NCBI GenBank assembly: GCA_037917675.1 | Contig: JAVCBW010000008.1 | Location: 1-64,000, forward strand | Direction of reading: 5' to 3' | DNA: 64,000 nucleotides | Source: Thermoproteota archaeon | GTDB lineage: Archaea; Korarchaeota; Korarchaeia; B14-G2 | Shown here: positions 19,739-28,855 of the stretch, in pieces | How positions within the stretch are numbered: position 1 is the first letter of the stretch | Layout: each line of letters begins with the position of its first letter | The notes under the pieces: model-generated | The model's input: the letters and a program-made list of their open reading frames with translations, nothing else | What the model was told of the DNA's origin: nothing | Databases searched by the model: none | Translations under genes and position numbers: made by a program

Positions 19739-21016
19739 ATGAAAGGCTCCTCTAGGATACCTGGCTTCTATAAGCTCAGCCCAGAGGAGAGGCTTAAGAA
19801 GGTAGCTGAGCTCACTGAGCTTACAGAAGAAGAGAGGAAGCTCCTGCTCTCAGGAGGCCTCCCCCTAGATGTAGCAGATAGGATGATAGAGAACGTGATA
19901 GGCATAATGGCTTTCCCACTCGGGATAGCAGTGAACTTCCTGATAAACGGCAGAGACTACCTGATACCAATGTGCATAGAAGAGCCTTCAGTAGTAGCTG
20001 CAGCAAGCCATGCAGCTAAGCTAGCTAGGCCAACAGGAGGGTTCAAGGCATGGAGCACGCCTCCAGTCATGATAGGCCAGATACAGCTAGCTAAGGTCAA
20101 GGACCCATATGCAGCTAGGCTGAGAGTCCTTGAGGCAAAGCAGGAGATACTTGAGAAGGCAAATGAGCAGGATCCTATGCTGGTCAAGCTTGGCGGTGGA
20201 GCAGTAGACATCAGAGCAAAGCCCCTGCTCACACCAGCAGGCCCCATGCTCATAGTAGAGCTCCTAGTGAACGTCGTGGATGCCATGGGAGCTAACGCTG
20301 TGAACACGATGGCTGAAGCTGTAGCACCGCTCATCGAGAAGGCAGCTGGCTCAGGCAGAGTCTACCTCAGGATAATATCGAACCTAGCAACTGAGAGAAT
20401 GGCCTTCGCCACAGCAGAGTGGAGCAAAGAAGTCATAGGAGGAGAGGAGGTTGTCGAAGGCATAGTTCTCGCATGGGCTTTCGCAGCATCAGACCCATAC
20501 AGGGCTACAACACACAACAAAGGCATAATGAACGGGATATCAGCTGTGGTAAGGGCGACTGGAAACGACACTAGAGCAGTTGAGGCAGGAGCACACGCAT
20601 ATGCAGCCCTAGGAGGACGCTATAAGCCACTCACAACATATGAAGTAAACGATAGAGGAAACCTAGTTGGGACAATAGAGCTCCCAATTGCAGCAGGCAT
20701 AGTGGGAGGAGCGACACGTGTACATCCTCTAGCGGAAGTAGCCTTAAAGATTCTCGGAGTGAAGTCTGCTAGAGAGCTATCTGAAGTCCTAGCTTCAGTC
20801 GGCCTAGCCCAGAACTTCGCAGCACTAAGAGCTCTAGCGACAGAAGGCATCCAGAGAGGCCACATGGAGCTACATGCTCGGAGCCTAGCCATGATGGCTG
20901 GAGCCAGAGGAGAGCTAGTAGACAAGATAGCTGAGATAATGGTCAAGGAGAGGGACATAAAGTTCCATAGAGCAAAAGAGCTGCTAGAGCAGCTCAGCAA
21001 GCAAGCCACCAGCTGA
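19739..21016 (+). CDS. mvaA: Hydroxymethylglutaryl-CoA reductase, class II
   Basis: SRIPGFYKL, MIENVIG, EEPSVVAAAS, DAMGAN, THNKGIMNG, GNDTRAVEAGAHAYA, EGIQRGHM.LH. Confidence 0.93.
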   Translation: MKGSSRIPGFYKLSPEERLKKVAELTELTEEERKLLLSGGLPLDVADRMIENVIGIMAFPLGIAVNFLINGRDYLIPMCIEEPSVVAAASHAAKLARPTGGFKAWSTPPVMIGQIQLAKVKDPYAARLRVLEAKQEILEKANEQDPMLVKLGGGAVDIRAKPLLTPAGPMLIVELLVNVVDAMGANAVNTMAEAVAPLIEKAAGSGRVYLRIISNLATERMAFATAEWSKEVIGGEEVVEGIVLAWAFAASDPYRATTHNKGIMNGISAVVRATGNDTRAVEAGAHAYAALGGRYKPLTTYEVNDRGNLVGTIELPIAAGIVGGATRVHPLAEVALKILGVKSARELSEVLASVGLAQNFAALRALATEGIQRGHMELHARSLAMMAGARGELVDKIAEIMVKERDIKFHRAKELLEQLSKQATS

Positions 21017-21149
21017 CCTAGAGCTAGCCAAGGTGCCCAAGAGGCTATAGAAGCCAGGAAAAACTGCGCTTGCCAAAGGAATGGAGCTGTATCCGCAGGC
21101 TATAGAGCAGGTGAGAAGCTGCTCTAACATGACTGAGCACCATAGCCTG

Positions 21150-22062
21150 TCACAGGTATCTTCTGTACATGAGGTCTCTTACATCTGTGAGCTGTCTCCT
21201 ATCAGGTATCAGTGCTAGCTTAAGGTCCTGTATCAGCCTGCTCCCCTCCTCTGGGAGCTTAGCATCCTGCACTGGATAGGGGTCGACACGTGGTCAAAGC
21301 AGACTACACTATCCACTTTAAGCCTCTCCACGATCCCAAGAGCCTCTCTAAGCGCTTCATGTGGAGTCAGTAGCTGGAACTCACCATTCATGTACCACTC
21401 ATAAACCTGTGTCCCAGGAAGAGAGGCTAGCGTCCTAAACCTCATGAACTGGGGATTTATCTCATCGAGTACCCTAGCAGTCTCCTCCACATGCTCCCCA
21501 CTGAGCTCTCTGCCTCCAAGACCTATCATAACATACTCTGAGACCTCGAACCCAGCTTCCTTAGCTTTAGCAGCTGCCTCAATCATCTCCTGCGGTGTTG
21601 CTCCCTTACTCACCCTAGCTAGGACCTCCCTGCTCCCACTCTCCAGCCCCATGTGAAGCCTACTGAGCTCAGCCTCCCTCAGCTCAACCAGGTGCTCCAG
21701 CCTCTTCCTATAGATTGTCTTGGCTCTAGCATAGCTTGTAACCCTAGCTACCGTAGGCACTATCTTCCTCAGGAACCTAAGAACCTCAGCGAAGTCTGAT
21801 GACCTGATTATCAGGGTATCTGAGTCTCCTATAAAGGCTGTCCTAGGAGGCCTACCGTAAACTGCCATATACCACTCCCTAGCTTTCAATATGTCCTCCT
21901 TAACCTCTTCAACACCCCTAACCTGAAACCTGACTCTCTTATACATCCCGCAGAAAGCACACCTGTTCCAAGGGCATCCTCTCGTCACCCTAAGAAGCAG
22001 GCTACACTCTCTTCCCTCATTAGGAGGCCTATAGGGAGCATCTCATAGATCACAGGCTCCAC
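21150..22062 (-). pseudogene. Radical SAM protein with two frameshifts
   Basis: Core CPWNRCAFC. The N-terminus VEPVIYEM shifts frame into PYRPPNEG..SLLLRVTRGC near 22040. The C-terminus shifts near 21285 into YPVQDAKLPEEGSRLIQDL...RRYL*. Confidence 0.75.
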
Positions 22063-22283
22063 CAGCTCTCATAGGCAGAGCTACAACTTAAATTTCTACT
22101 CAGTGAAGACAGCTCCAAGACAGGGCAGCCTAAGCTGGCTTCGGCTTCAGGGCATGCAGCTCACCTCCAGCCAGAAGAGAAAGCTCTGTTTAATGCAGAT
22201 AGCTCCTGTAGACAGCAGTCAAGATCTTTTGCCTCCAGCATATGGGCAGGTAGCTTAATAAAAGAGCTCTGCTAGCCTCTCCC

Positions 22284-23498
22284 ATGAGCTCTAGCCTTAA
22301 CCTACAAGCTAGCCAGAAGCACCCCTCGAGGAAGGGCTTCAGGAATGTGGTGGCGCTAGGTGCTGTCAGCTTCTTCACAGATGTCTCAACTGAGATGGTC
22401 TTAGGCCTGCTCCCCGTTTTCATAGTAGAGGAGCTAAAGGCCTCCAGAGCCATACTAGGGCTCATTGATGGTGTAGCTGACTGCATCAGCTACATTCTTA
22501 GGGTATTCTCAGGTGTCATATCAGATGTCCTGAGAGCTAGGAAGCCTATAGTCCTCTTAGGATACACCATATCAAATCTAGCTAAGCCTACATTCGCCTT
22601 CGCTAAGACATGGATTCATGCCTTTTCGATAAGAGTTGTAGATAGGGTTGGGAAGGGTGTTAGGACCTCTGCGAGAGACGCCCTGATAGCAGACTCTGTC
22701 TCAGAGGGAGAGTATGGGAGGGCATTCGGCTTACATAGAACTCTAGACCAGGTGGGAGCTGTCGTTGGCCCAGGGCTAGCAGCCTTACTCCTCCCCTTCC
22801 TAGGGTTCAGGAAGGTGTTCCTACTATCTCTAATCCCAGGGCTAGCAGCTCTCATGGTGCTCACACTCATGGTCTCTGAGGTCAAGCCGAGTGGAGAGGT
22901 ATCTAAGCCGATAGAAGGCTTGTCGAAAGCTCTGTCAGGAGACTTCAAGCTCCTCCTCACAGCAGTCACACTCTACTCTCTCGGAGCATACAGCTTCTCC
23001 TTCATGCTTCTCAAGTCTAGGGAGGCTGGTGTCAGTGCTGTAGCTGTCCCCCTAGTCTATGCGCTCATAAACATAGCTCACGTAGCCTCAGCTATGCCAG
23101 CAGGCATCCTATCAGATAAAGCTGGCGCCATAAGGATGCTAGCAGCAAGCTATATGACATTTGCTATAGCATCAGCTATAGCAGGCTACGCTGGCATGTC
23201 TATCTCAGCTATGCTAGCTTCCGCAGCCATATATGGAGCATATGCTGGAATGGCTGAGACAGCTCACAGGGCAGCTATAGCAGAGCTGTCACCACATGAG
23301 CTCAAGGCGACAGCATATGGCATACTCTATCTGGTGATTGGGCTAGCTAGCTTTGCAGCAAACACCATATTCGGCTTCATATGGGACCACTATGGAGCTA
23401 AGATAGCATTCACATATAGCTTAGCCCTAGCTCTAGCTTCACTACCAGCTCTAGCAGCCCTACAGCTAAAGAGAGCTAGACGACTTCAACCAGCTTAA
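22284..23498 (+). CDS. MFS transporter
   Basis: About 12 hydrophobic segments; VSFFTDVSTEM, DRVGKGVRTSARDALIA, GRAFGLHR. Confidence 0.9.
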   Translation: MSSSLNLQASQKHPSRKGFRNVVALGAVSFFTDVSTEMVLGLLPVFIVEELKASRAILGLIDGVADCISYILRVFSGVISDVLRARKPIVLLGYTISNLAKPTFAFAKTWIHAFSIRVVDRVGKGVRTSARDALIADSVSEGEYGRAFGLHRTLDQVGAVVGPGLAALLLPFLGFRKVFLLSLIPGLAALMVLTLMVSEVKPSGEVSKPIEGLSKALSGDFKLLLTAVTLYSLGAYSFSFMLLKSREAGVSAVAVPLVYALINIAHVASAMPAGILSDKAGAIRMLAASYMTFAIASAIAGYAGMSISAMLASAAIYGAYAGMAETAHRAAIAELSPHELKATAYGILYLVIGLASFAANTIFGFIWDHYGAKIAFTYSLALALASLPALAALQLKRARRLQPA

Positions 23499-24852
23499 CC
23501 CTAGAAGCCTCTCTCTCACGCTCTAACTCAATGGCGAAAAGCGGAGTCCAAGGTCTAACTCCATGCAGCAGTAGAAAACCCTCCCTATACTCAAGCCTCA
23601 AGTAGACATCAGACATGTTCCTCTGCTCCGTAACAGTCTTGAGCTCCGGGTGTATAACTCCAATCCCGAGGTGCCCTCCCTCCCTGTATGCTGTAACCCC
23701 TTTGCTCATGTTATATATGCTCATCTCTCTACCGAAGTACTGCTCATATATATCGAAGGTTGTGATGTCTAAGAGGGGGCCATGCCTCCTAGAAAGCTCC
23801 TCAAACTCTCTTTCAAAGGCTGAGAAAGACTCCCTCTTGTCATCTAGCTTCCTAGGTATGATGCAGGGGTCACTTGACTCCTTAACATTGAAGTCTAATA
23901 TCCTAACCAGCTTCTCAACCTTCTCCTCACCAAACACATCTATAAGATCCTCCTTGAACCTCTTAGAGCTCATGCCAGCCGGCAAGACCACGAGCACCCC
24001 CCTATTCCTCTCTATAAACGTCCTCATCAATGGGATGAGAAGAACCATGGATGCAGAAACAGAGGTGTCAGCTGACACCTCAATTACATTATAGCTTCCT
24101 CTAGGGAATCCTCCTCCGAGAGCATCATCTAGTAGCTTGAAGCCAGTAGTAAAGAACTCCCCACTCTCCTCTCTAGGATCACTCCTCACATCAGGCTTCA
24201 TTCTAAGCAAGCTGGCGGGTCTTATGCACCTAAGCCTTGAGCCCTTCAGTGTGAAGATGTAGGATGGCCTCCTCCTCTCAACCATCCTACTCTTCTCAAC
24301 TACAAGTGTCCTCAGGCACTTCCCCTCATAGCACTCTTGATGAAGTGTAACTACACCATCTGCCAGGTAGTCTAGCTTACTAGCTCCACTGCCCTCTAAG
24401 GTCATGACGAAGCTTACCTCCATTGCCTTAGAGAGCTCCACTAGCCTACGTAGAGCCTCCTCTCCTCCAGCTAGCTCTGCTATGGCGTTGACGCTATCAA
24501 TCACGACGACCCTAGCCTTAGCTTCTCTGCAGGCTATATACACTCCCTCAGCGAACCCTGGGAGATCCTGAGACAGCCTCAGCCTCATGAAGTCAAGCTC
24601 TCTAGCTGGAGGCACAACAGCCTCAGTGGCATCTATCACATTAGATGGGTCAAGCTTCCCCCTCAACCATGGAAACTGAGCATAGAGCTCATCTGGATAA
24701 ACTCTAGTCGAGACGTAAACTCCCTCACCTTTAAAGACATCAGACAGAATCTGGAGAGCAAGTGTAGTCTTTCCCGTGCCAGCATCTCCCTTAATGAGGA
24801 GGACATATCTTCCTCTAGAGACTGCTTCAGCAATTTCCTGGATAACATGCAT
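23476..24852 (-). CDS. RAD55/KaiC/GvpD-like double-domain P-loop ATPase
   Basis: GDAGTGKTT, VVIDS, LDYLADGVVTL, VEKSR. The second domain (TTGF..LD..LGGGFPRGS) has no intact Walker A. Confidence 0.8.
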   Translation of the reverse strand: MHVIQEIAEAVSRGRYVLLIKGDAGTGKTTLALQILSDVFKGEGVYVSTRVYPDELYAQFPWLRGKLDPSNVIDATEAVVPPARELDFMRLRLSQDLPGFAEGVYIACREAKARVVVIDSVNAIAELAGGEEALRRLVELSKAMEVSFVMTLEGSGASKLDYLADGVVTLHQECYEGKCLRTLVVEKSRMVERRRPSYIFTLKGSRLRCIRPASLLRMKPDVRSDPREESGEFFTTGFKLLDDALGGGFPRGSYNVIEVSADTSVSASMVLLIPLMRTFIERNRGVLVVLPAGMSSKRFKEDLIDVFGEEKVEKLVRILDFNVKESSDPCIIPRKLDDKRESFSAFEREFEELSRRHGPLLDITTFDIYEQYFGREMSIYNMSKGVTAYREGGHLGIGVIHPELKTVTEQRNMSDVYLRLEYREGFLLLHGVRPWTPLFAIELEREREASRVKLVEVV

Positions 24853-24921
24853 ACAGACCCAAGCCGAGAGCTCCTTAAAAAGTTGCTGCTAAGCTATTAA
24901 GTGAGCTTACGTGAGCTTGCT

Positions 24922-25343
24922 ATGAGGCTGCTGATGGTACACTGCTCCTACTTCAGGTATGAGGTGAAGGCTAAAGGGAGGTCGAGGATTGTGGAGAGCA
25001 TATCTTCTAGGAGAGCTAGAGGTGAAGTAAGGAACCCTCTACTTGTCCTCGTGTCCGTGGAGAGGAGAGACGAAGATGACCTGAGCTCAGCCTGCCAGAG
25101 GGCAGCAGATGAGGTTTCAAAGCAGTGTGAGAGGCTAGGCTTGAAGAGCATCGTGCTACACTCATTTGCCCACCTCTTTGCTGAGCTGAGCTCACCTCAG
25201 GCAGCTCTAGAGGCCATGGTTGAGCTTGAGAAGATCCTCAGCGACAGAGGCTACTGGGTGGTGAGGACGCCCTTCGGTGGCTCCATGAAGTTGAGCTTAA
25301 GGCCAGAGGCCACCCATTGTCTAGGGTAGCTAGGCAGGTGTAG
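24922..25343 (+). pseudogene. Free-standing archaeal threonyl-tRNA synthetase editing domain, frameshifted near 25278
   Basis: MRLLMVHC..F.Y, LHSFAHL. Adding one base in TTCGGTGG restores the conserved PFGWLHEVELKARGHPLSRVARQV*. Confidence 0.8.
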
Positions 25344-25348
25344 CTTAG

Positions 25349-26527
25349 ATGGAGCCTTCTGGCAGAGTGGTCTTGAGCAGGGAGGGCGTGAGGCTTGTGA
25401 AGAGAGGTGCTCTAAGCATATACAACAAGTGGGTCTTAGATGCGACTCCAGGATTGAAGGCAGGCGACGTAGTCAGAGTCTATGGGGTCGAGGAGGGCTT
25501 CCTAGGGGTGGGGTTCTATGAGACATATGGAGCCATAGGTGTCAGGCTTCTGAGCGAGGTCGACGAGCCTATCGATGAGCACTTTCTGAAGAGGAGGCTG
25601 AGAGCTGCAGCAGAGAGGAGGCTTAGGATGGGCTTAAGGGAGTTCTACAGGCTGATACATGCTGAAGCAGACCAGATGCCAGGCCTCATAGTAGACTACT
25701 ACAAGGATATAGCTGTAATCCAGTCTAGCTGTAGCGGCTTCGACAGGCAGCTTACAGTGCTAGCTGAGGCCATAGCTGACGTGCTGGGGGTGAGCCAGGT
25801 CTATGTGAGGAATGATGTCAGAAGCAGGAGAGAGGTAGGTCTCCCGACATATAGGGGTAGGCTGCTAGGCAGTGGAGAGAGCAGGACTACCATAAGAGAG
25901 GGGGCAGCTGTCTTCATAGTAGATGTGCTCAGAGGCCAGAAGACAGGCTTCTACATAGATCAGAGGCCTAACAGGATCGAGCTGGAGCACTATGTGAGAG
26001 ATGGAGATAGGGTGCTAGACCTATATAGCTATAGTGGAGGATTCGGGATACATGCTGCCCTAATGGGAGCTGAAGTCACATTCGTGGAAGAGTCTCCTAT
26101 AGCAATGGAGCTCTGTAGGGAGAACGCCAAGCTGAATGCCGTAGAAGGCCACTGTAGGTTCATACAGGCTAAGGTAAGAGACTTTCTGGCCAGGGATGAG
26201 AGCAGATATGATGTGATAGTCATAGACCCCCCTGCCTTAGCTCAGACACAGGAGCAGCTTGGAGATGCTGTAAAGACATACTTCGCAGTCAACAGGTCAG
26301 CTCTATCTCACCTGAAGTCTCCAGGTCTGCTCTTCACAAGCAGCTGCAGCTTCTTCGTCTCACAGCCCCAGTTCAGGAAGGTAGTCTTAGATGCATTCAA
26401 GAGGATAGGGTTGAAGCCATACTTCATGGGGCGTGTGAGAGGCCCCTCACCATGCCACCCAATAGACCCCAGGAGCCCTGCTACAGCATACCTCAAGGCG
26501 TACTATATCCTGGCAGAGAAGCCTTAG
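25349..26527 (+). CDS. RlmI-like class I SAM-dependent rRNA methyltransferase with PUA domain
   Basis: RLIHAEAD.MPGLIVD, GQKTGFYIDQR, VLDLYSYSGGFG, IDPP, TSSCS. Confidence 0.9.
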   Translation: MEPSGRVVLSREGVRLVKRGALSIYNKWVLDATPGLKAGDVVRVYGVEEGFLGVGFYETYGAIGVRLLSEVDEPIDEHFLKRRLRAAAERRLRMGLREFYRLIHAEADQMPGLIVDYYKDIAVIQSSCSGFDRQLTVLAEAIADVLGVSQVYVRNDVRSRREVGLPTYRGRLLGSGESRTTIREGAAVFIVDVLRGQKTGFYIDQRPNRIELEHYVRDGDRVLDLYSYSGGFGIHAALMGAEVTFVEESPIAMELCRENAKLNAVEGHCRFIQAKVRDFLARDESRYDVIVIDPPALAQTQEQLGDAVKTYFAVNRSALSHLKSPGLLFTSSCSFFVSQPQFRKVVLDAFKRIGLKPYFMGRVRGPSPCHPIDPRSPATAYLKAYYILAEKP

Positions 26528-26860
26528 CTAGCCTTCTTGCATGCTAGCTATCACAAGCTCCCTCCCCTCAACAAGCATTGTGGCAACCTTCCTCCTAGCT
26601 GAGTCGAGGCATCTCCAGACAGTCCCTCTTGAGACACCCATCCTCTCAGCTGCCTGCTCCTGAGTAAGCCCCTCATAGTCAACTAGCCTAAGAGCCTCAA
26701 GCTCATCTAGCCCCATCACAATGGGCTCAGAGCTGGAGGGGGGGCCTGTAGTGACTGGGATGACCCTAATCAGCTTAGGCATGAAGCTGATGAACCTAGG
26801 CTCCATAGGCCTGCCTCTACCCCCCCTCCACCTCCACCTGTAGCCCAATCGCACCACCAA
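26528..26860 (-). CDS. DUF134 (UPF0251) HTH protein; start uncertain
   Basis: GRP..PR, ELEALRLVDYEGLTQEQAAERMGVSRGT...L.SARRKVA. Confidence 0.88.
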   Translation of the reverse strand: MVVRLGYRWRWRGGRGRPMEPRFISFMPKLIRVIPVTTGPPSSSEPIVMGLDELEALRLVDYEGLTQEQAAERMGVSRGTVWRCLDSARRKVATMLVEGRELVIASMQEG

Positions 26861-26890
26861 GAGCTCTTCCCTAGCTTCTCTTATAAGCCT

Positions 26891-27688
26891 TCACCAGCTT
26901 AGTAGCCTGATGAACTTAGGTGGTATATGCCTTACAACATAAACTCTGCTGCTAGCCTTATAGATCTCAACACCCTCCTCGAGAGCTTTCCTAGCATCCA
27001 CAGCTAAGATGACAGGCCTCCTACACTCCCCGACTGCAGCAGCATCCTCTATGCTGCTTGACAGGTGCACCATCATTCTCCCCATGGGCTTCAGCCGTTC
27101 TGGCTCTCTGCTACTTTCGTTTCCTTTTTCACTTGTAGCAGAGAGCTTCTCGCCTCAGTTTTCATTGGTGGGCTTTCGGGGTGGAGGGGTGAAGCCCTAC
27201 ATCTATCTGCTTGTTTAGCTCTGCTCTTTCAGGCTTACCCTCCCACCACATCCTGAGCAAGCCTATCTAAGCTGGCCAGCCCCCTATAAACCCTCACAAA
27301 ACCATCATATGTCACATATACAACCCTAGTCGCTTCTGCCTTCTCTCAGCATTCTAGCTGCAGCCTCAGGTGTGGTCCCATGGTATAGGATGTCAGGTAC
27401 CTCTTTGCTCTCATAGCATAGCTCTACTGGAATCGAGTGCCCATACCTGGCACGCACTCTGCCATCTTTCAGCTCGAACCTCCCCTTGGGATCTAGCTTA
27501 GCTACAGCTTTGATGTGCTCCTCTCTAGCCCACCTGAGCCCAAGCCTCCTAGCTGCCTCTGCGAGCTCACCTACGCCTACAAACCCACATGGGTCGAGCT
27601 TAAGCCCACCTAGCTCAGGCCTATGCCTCAGCAGTAGGCTCATCAGCTTGCTCAGCCTAAGCCTCCTCTCCTCACTGAGCAGTAGCAT
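26891..27688 (-). pseudogene. kptA: RNA 2'-phosphotransferase KptA/Tpt1 split by a 243-bp insertion
   Basis: 5' part: LSKLMSLLLRHRP, DPKGRF, RARYGHS, LYHGT...MLREG. 3' part: LKPMGRMMVHLS, VY....IPP.FI. Removing 27095-27337 restores EG-LKPM in frame. Confidence 0.9.
27095..27337 (-). mobile_element. Non-autonomous IS607/IS200-IS605-type miniature element with a tnpB-3'/omegaRNA-like module
   Basis: Interrupts kptA with no target duplication beyond shared G bases. Perfect 12-bp stem GCTCTCTGCTAC/GTAGCAGAGAGC. CACCCCGAAAGCCCACCAATGAA motif. Homologous to 48977-49066. Confidence 0.75.
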
Positions 27689-27808
27689 GCAGCTAGACCC
27701 ACAGTGCACTCTGCCTTCAACGCTTCTCCACAGACCCTATACTGTACACTGAAGGCATATGCCTCCAATAGCTAAGCTTTTATTCTACCTTAAGTATGTG
27801 GCTCCAGG

Positions 27809-28219
27809 ATGGCCTTGGAGGAGATAGTGAGGTTCGGTGTAAGTGTCCCAAGGAACCTACTTGAGGAGTTCACTAGGGTGTCAAGGGAGGTGGGGTTTGC
27901 TAACAGGTCTGAGGCGATAAGGGCAGCTATGAGGCTTCTGATAATGAAGGAGGGCAGGGTAGCCTCAGCTAAGGGGGGGATAGGTGTGATCATCGTGCTA
28001 TATAGCCATGAGAAGAGAGGGTGTGAAGAGGAGGTGACTGAAGCTCAACATGAGTATAGCAGCATAGTAGTGAACTCAAGCCACATACACCTCGGAGAAG
28101 ACTGCCTAGAGATCATAGCATGCAGGGGGAGCAGTGAGGCCATAAAGGAGCTGTATAGGAGGATAGAGAGCATAAAGGGAGTAAAGTGGGCTGACCTCTC
28201 ACTTACTCCAGTCCTCTAG
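27809..28219 (+). CDS. nikR: Nickel-responsive regulator NikR
   Basis: RFGVSVP..LL..F, NRSEAIR, QH, SSHIHL...CLE. Confidence 0.92.
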   Translation: MALEEIVRFGVSVPRNLLEEFTRVSREVGFANRSEAIRAAMRLLIMKEGRVASAKGGIGVIIVLYSHEKRGCEEEVTEAQHEYSSIVVNSSHIHLGEDCLEIIACRGSSEAIKELYRRIESIKGVKWADLSLTPVL

Positions 28220-28855
28220 CCAGATGCTGTCGACGACCTCTAGAGCAGCCTTTACGCCGCTCTCGCATGCTCTGGCCTGAAGTATCAGGTTAGGCTCCCA
28301 GGGTGAGACAGAGAGTGCTAGCACTCTTCCATCTGAGAGTGCTTTAGCAGCTCCACTTGAAAGCAGCACTCTAAGCCCATCAACTCTCCTATCAGACCAT
28401 GCGACAACACCCTGCCCAGCTTCAAGCAGCCCTTCACTAGGTGCTCTAGCCTCAAGCCTCGAGGCAAGCCTATAGCTCCTTGAAGCTGCCTCCAGCCTAG
28501 CCCTAGGCTTGCTCTTCAAGTTCGCCTTGATAATGACCTTGTCAACCTCGCCTAGAGCAAGCTGAATAGGGTAGTGTACTGGGTTCTCTCTGTCTAGCAG
28601 CAGGAGGTCTAGCTCTAGCCTATGAGGCACTCTACTCTTAGGTTTTGCTGCCAGTATCCTGAAGCCGCTTGAGCCAAGCGGCATGAAGCTGAAGCTCTCA
28701 TATCTCTTAGCCAGCTCAGCTCTTATATGCCTCCATACCCTCCTCTGAAGCCTCCTATTCCAGAGCTTGCCTAGGAAGTAGTAGAGCACAAAGGCTACTG
28801 ATATAGCTATGATGAGCTGTAGAGGCGTCATCAGATCTCTACTCCAGGCCTCCAC
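28199..28855 (-). CDS. Single-pass membrane-anchored protein, last gene of the cstA-ATPase cluster (possibly DUF1682/CCDC47-like)
   Basis: N-terminal TM helix followed by YFLGKLWNRRL; overlaps the upstream ATPase stop. Confidence 0.7.
   Translation of the reverse strand: MEAWSRDLMTPLQLIIAISVAFVLYYFLGKLWNRRLQRRVWRHIRAELAKRYESFSFMPLGSSGFRILAAKPKSRVPHRLELDLLLLDRENPVHYPIQLALGEVDKVIIKANLKSKPRARLEAASRSYRLASRLEARAPSEGLLEAGQGVVAWSDRRVDGLRVLLSSGAAKALSDGRVLALSVSPWEPNLILQARACESGVKAALEVVDSIWLEDWSK

Noticed and set aside
18225-21009. Long antisense ORFs (e.g. 18225-18887, 19054-19686, 19957-20334) and similar ones across the window
   Set aside because: They are Ser/Leu-rich mirror frames of well-supported genes, explained by codon bias.
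23476-24852. Gas vesicle or circadian clock locus
   Set aside because: No gvpA/gvpN or kaiB in the window; only the ATPase fold is shared.
25270-25285. Programmed ribosomal frameshift in the ThrRS editing gene
   Set aside because: No slippery heptamer or stimulatory structure is evident; a simple indel is more likely.
27095-27337. kptA insertion as a bulge-helix-bulge mRNA intron or an in-frame insert (243 bp is a multiple of 3)
   Set aside because: Both junctions are purine-rich and I could not pair them into a BHB. The insert has in-frame stops and matches a second IS-like copy.
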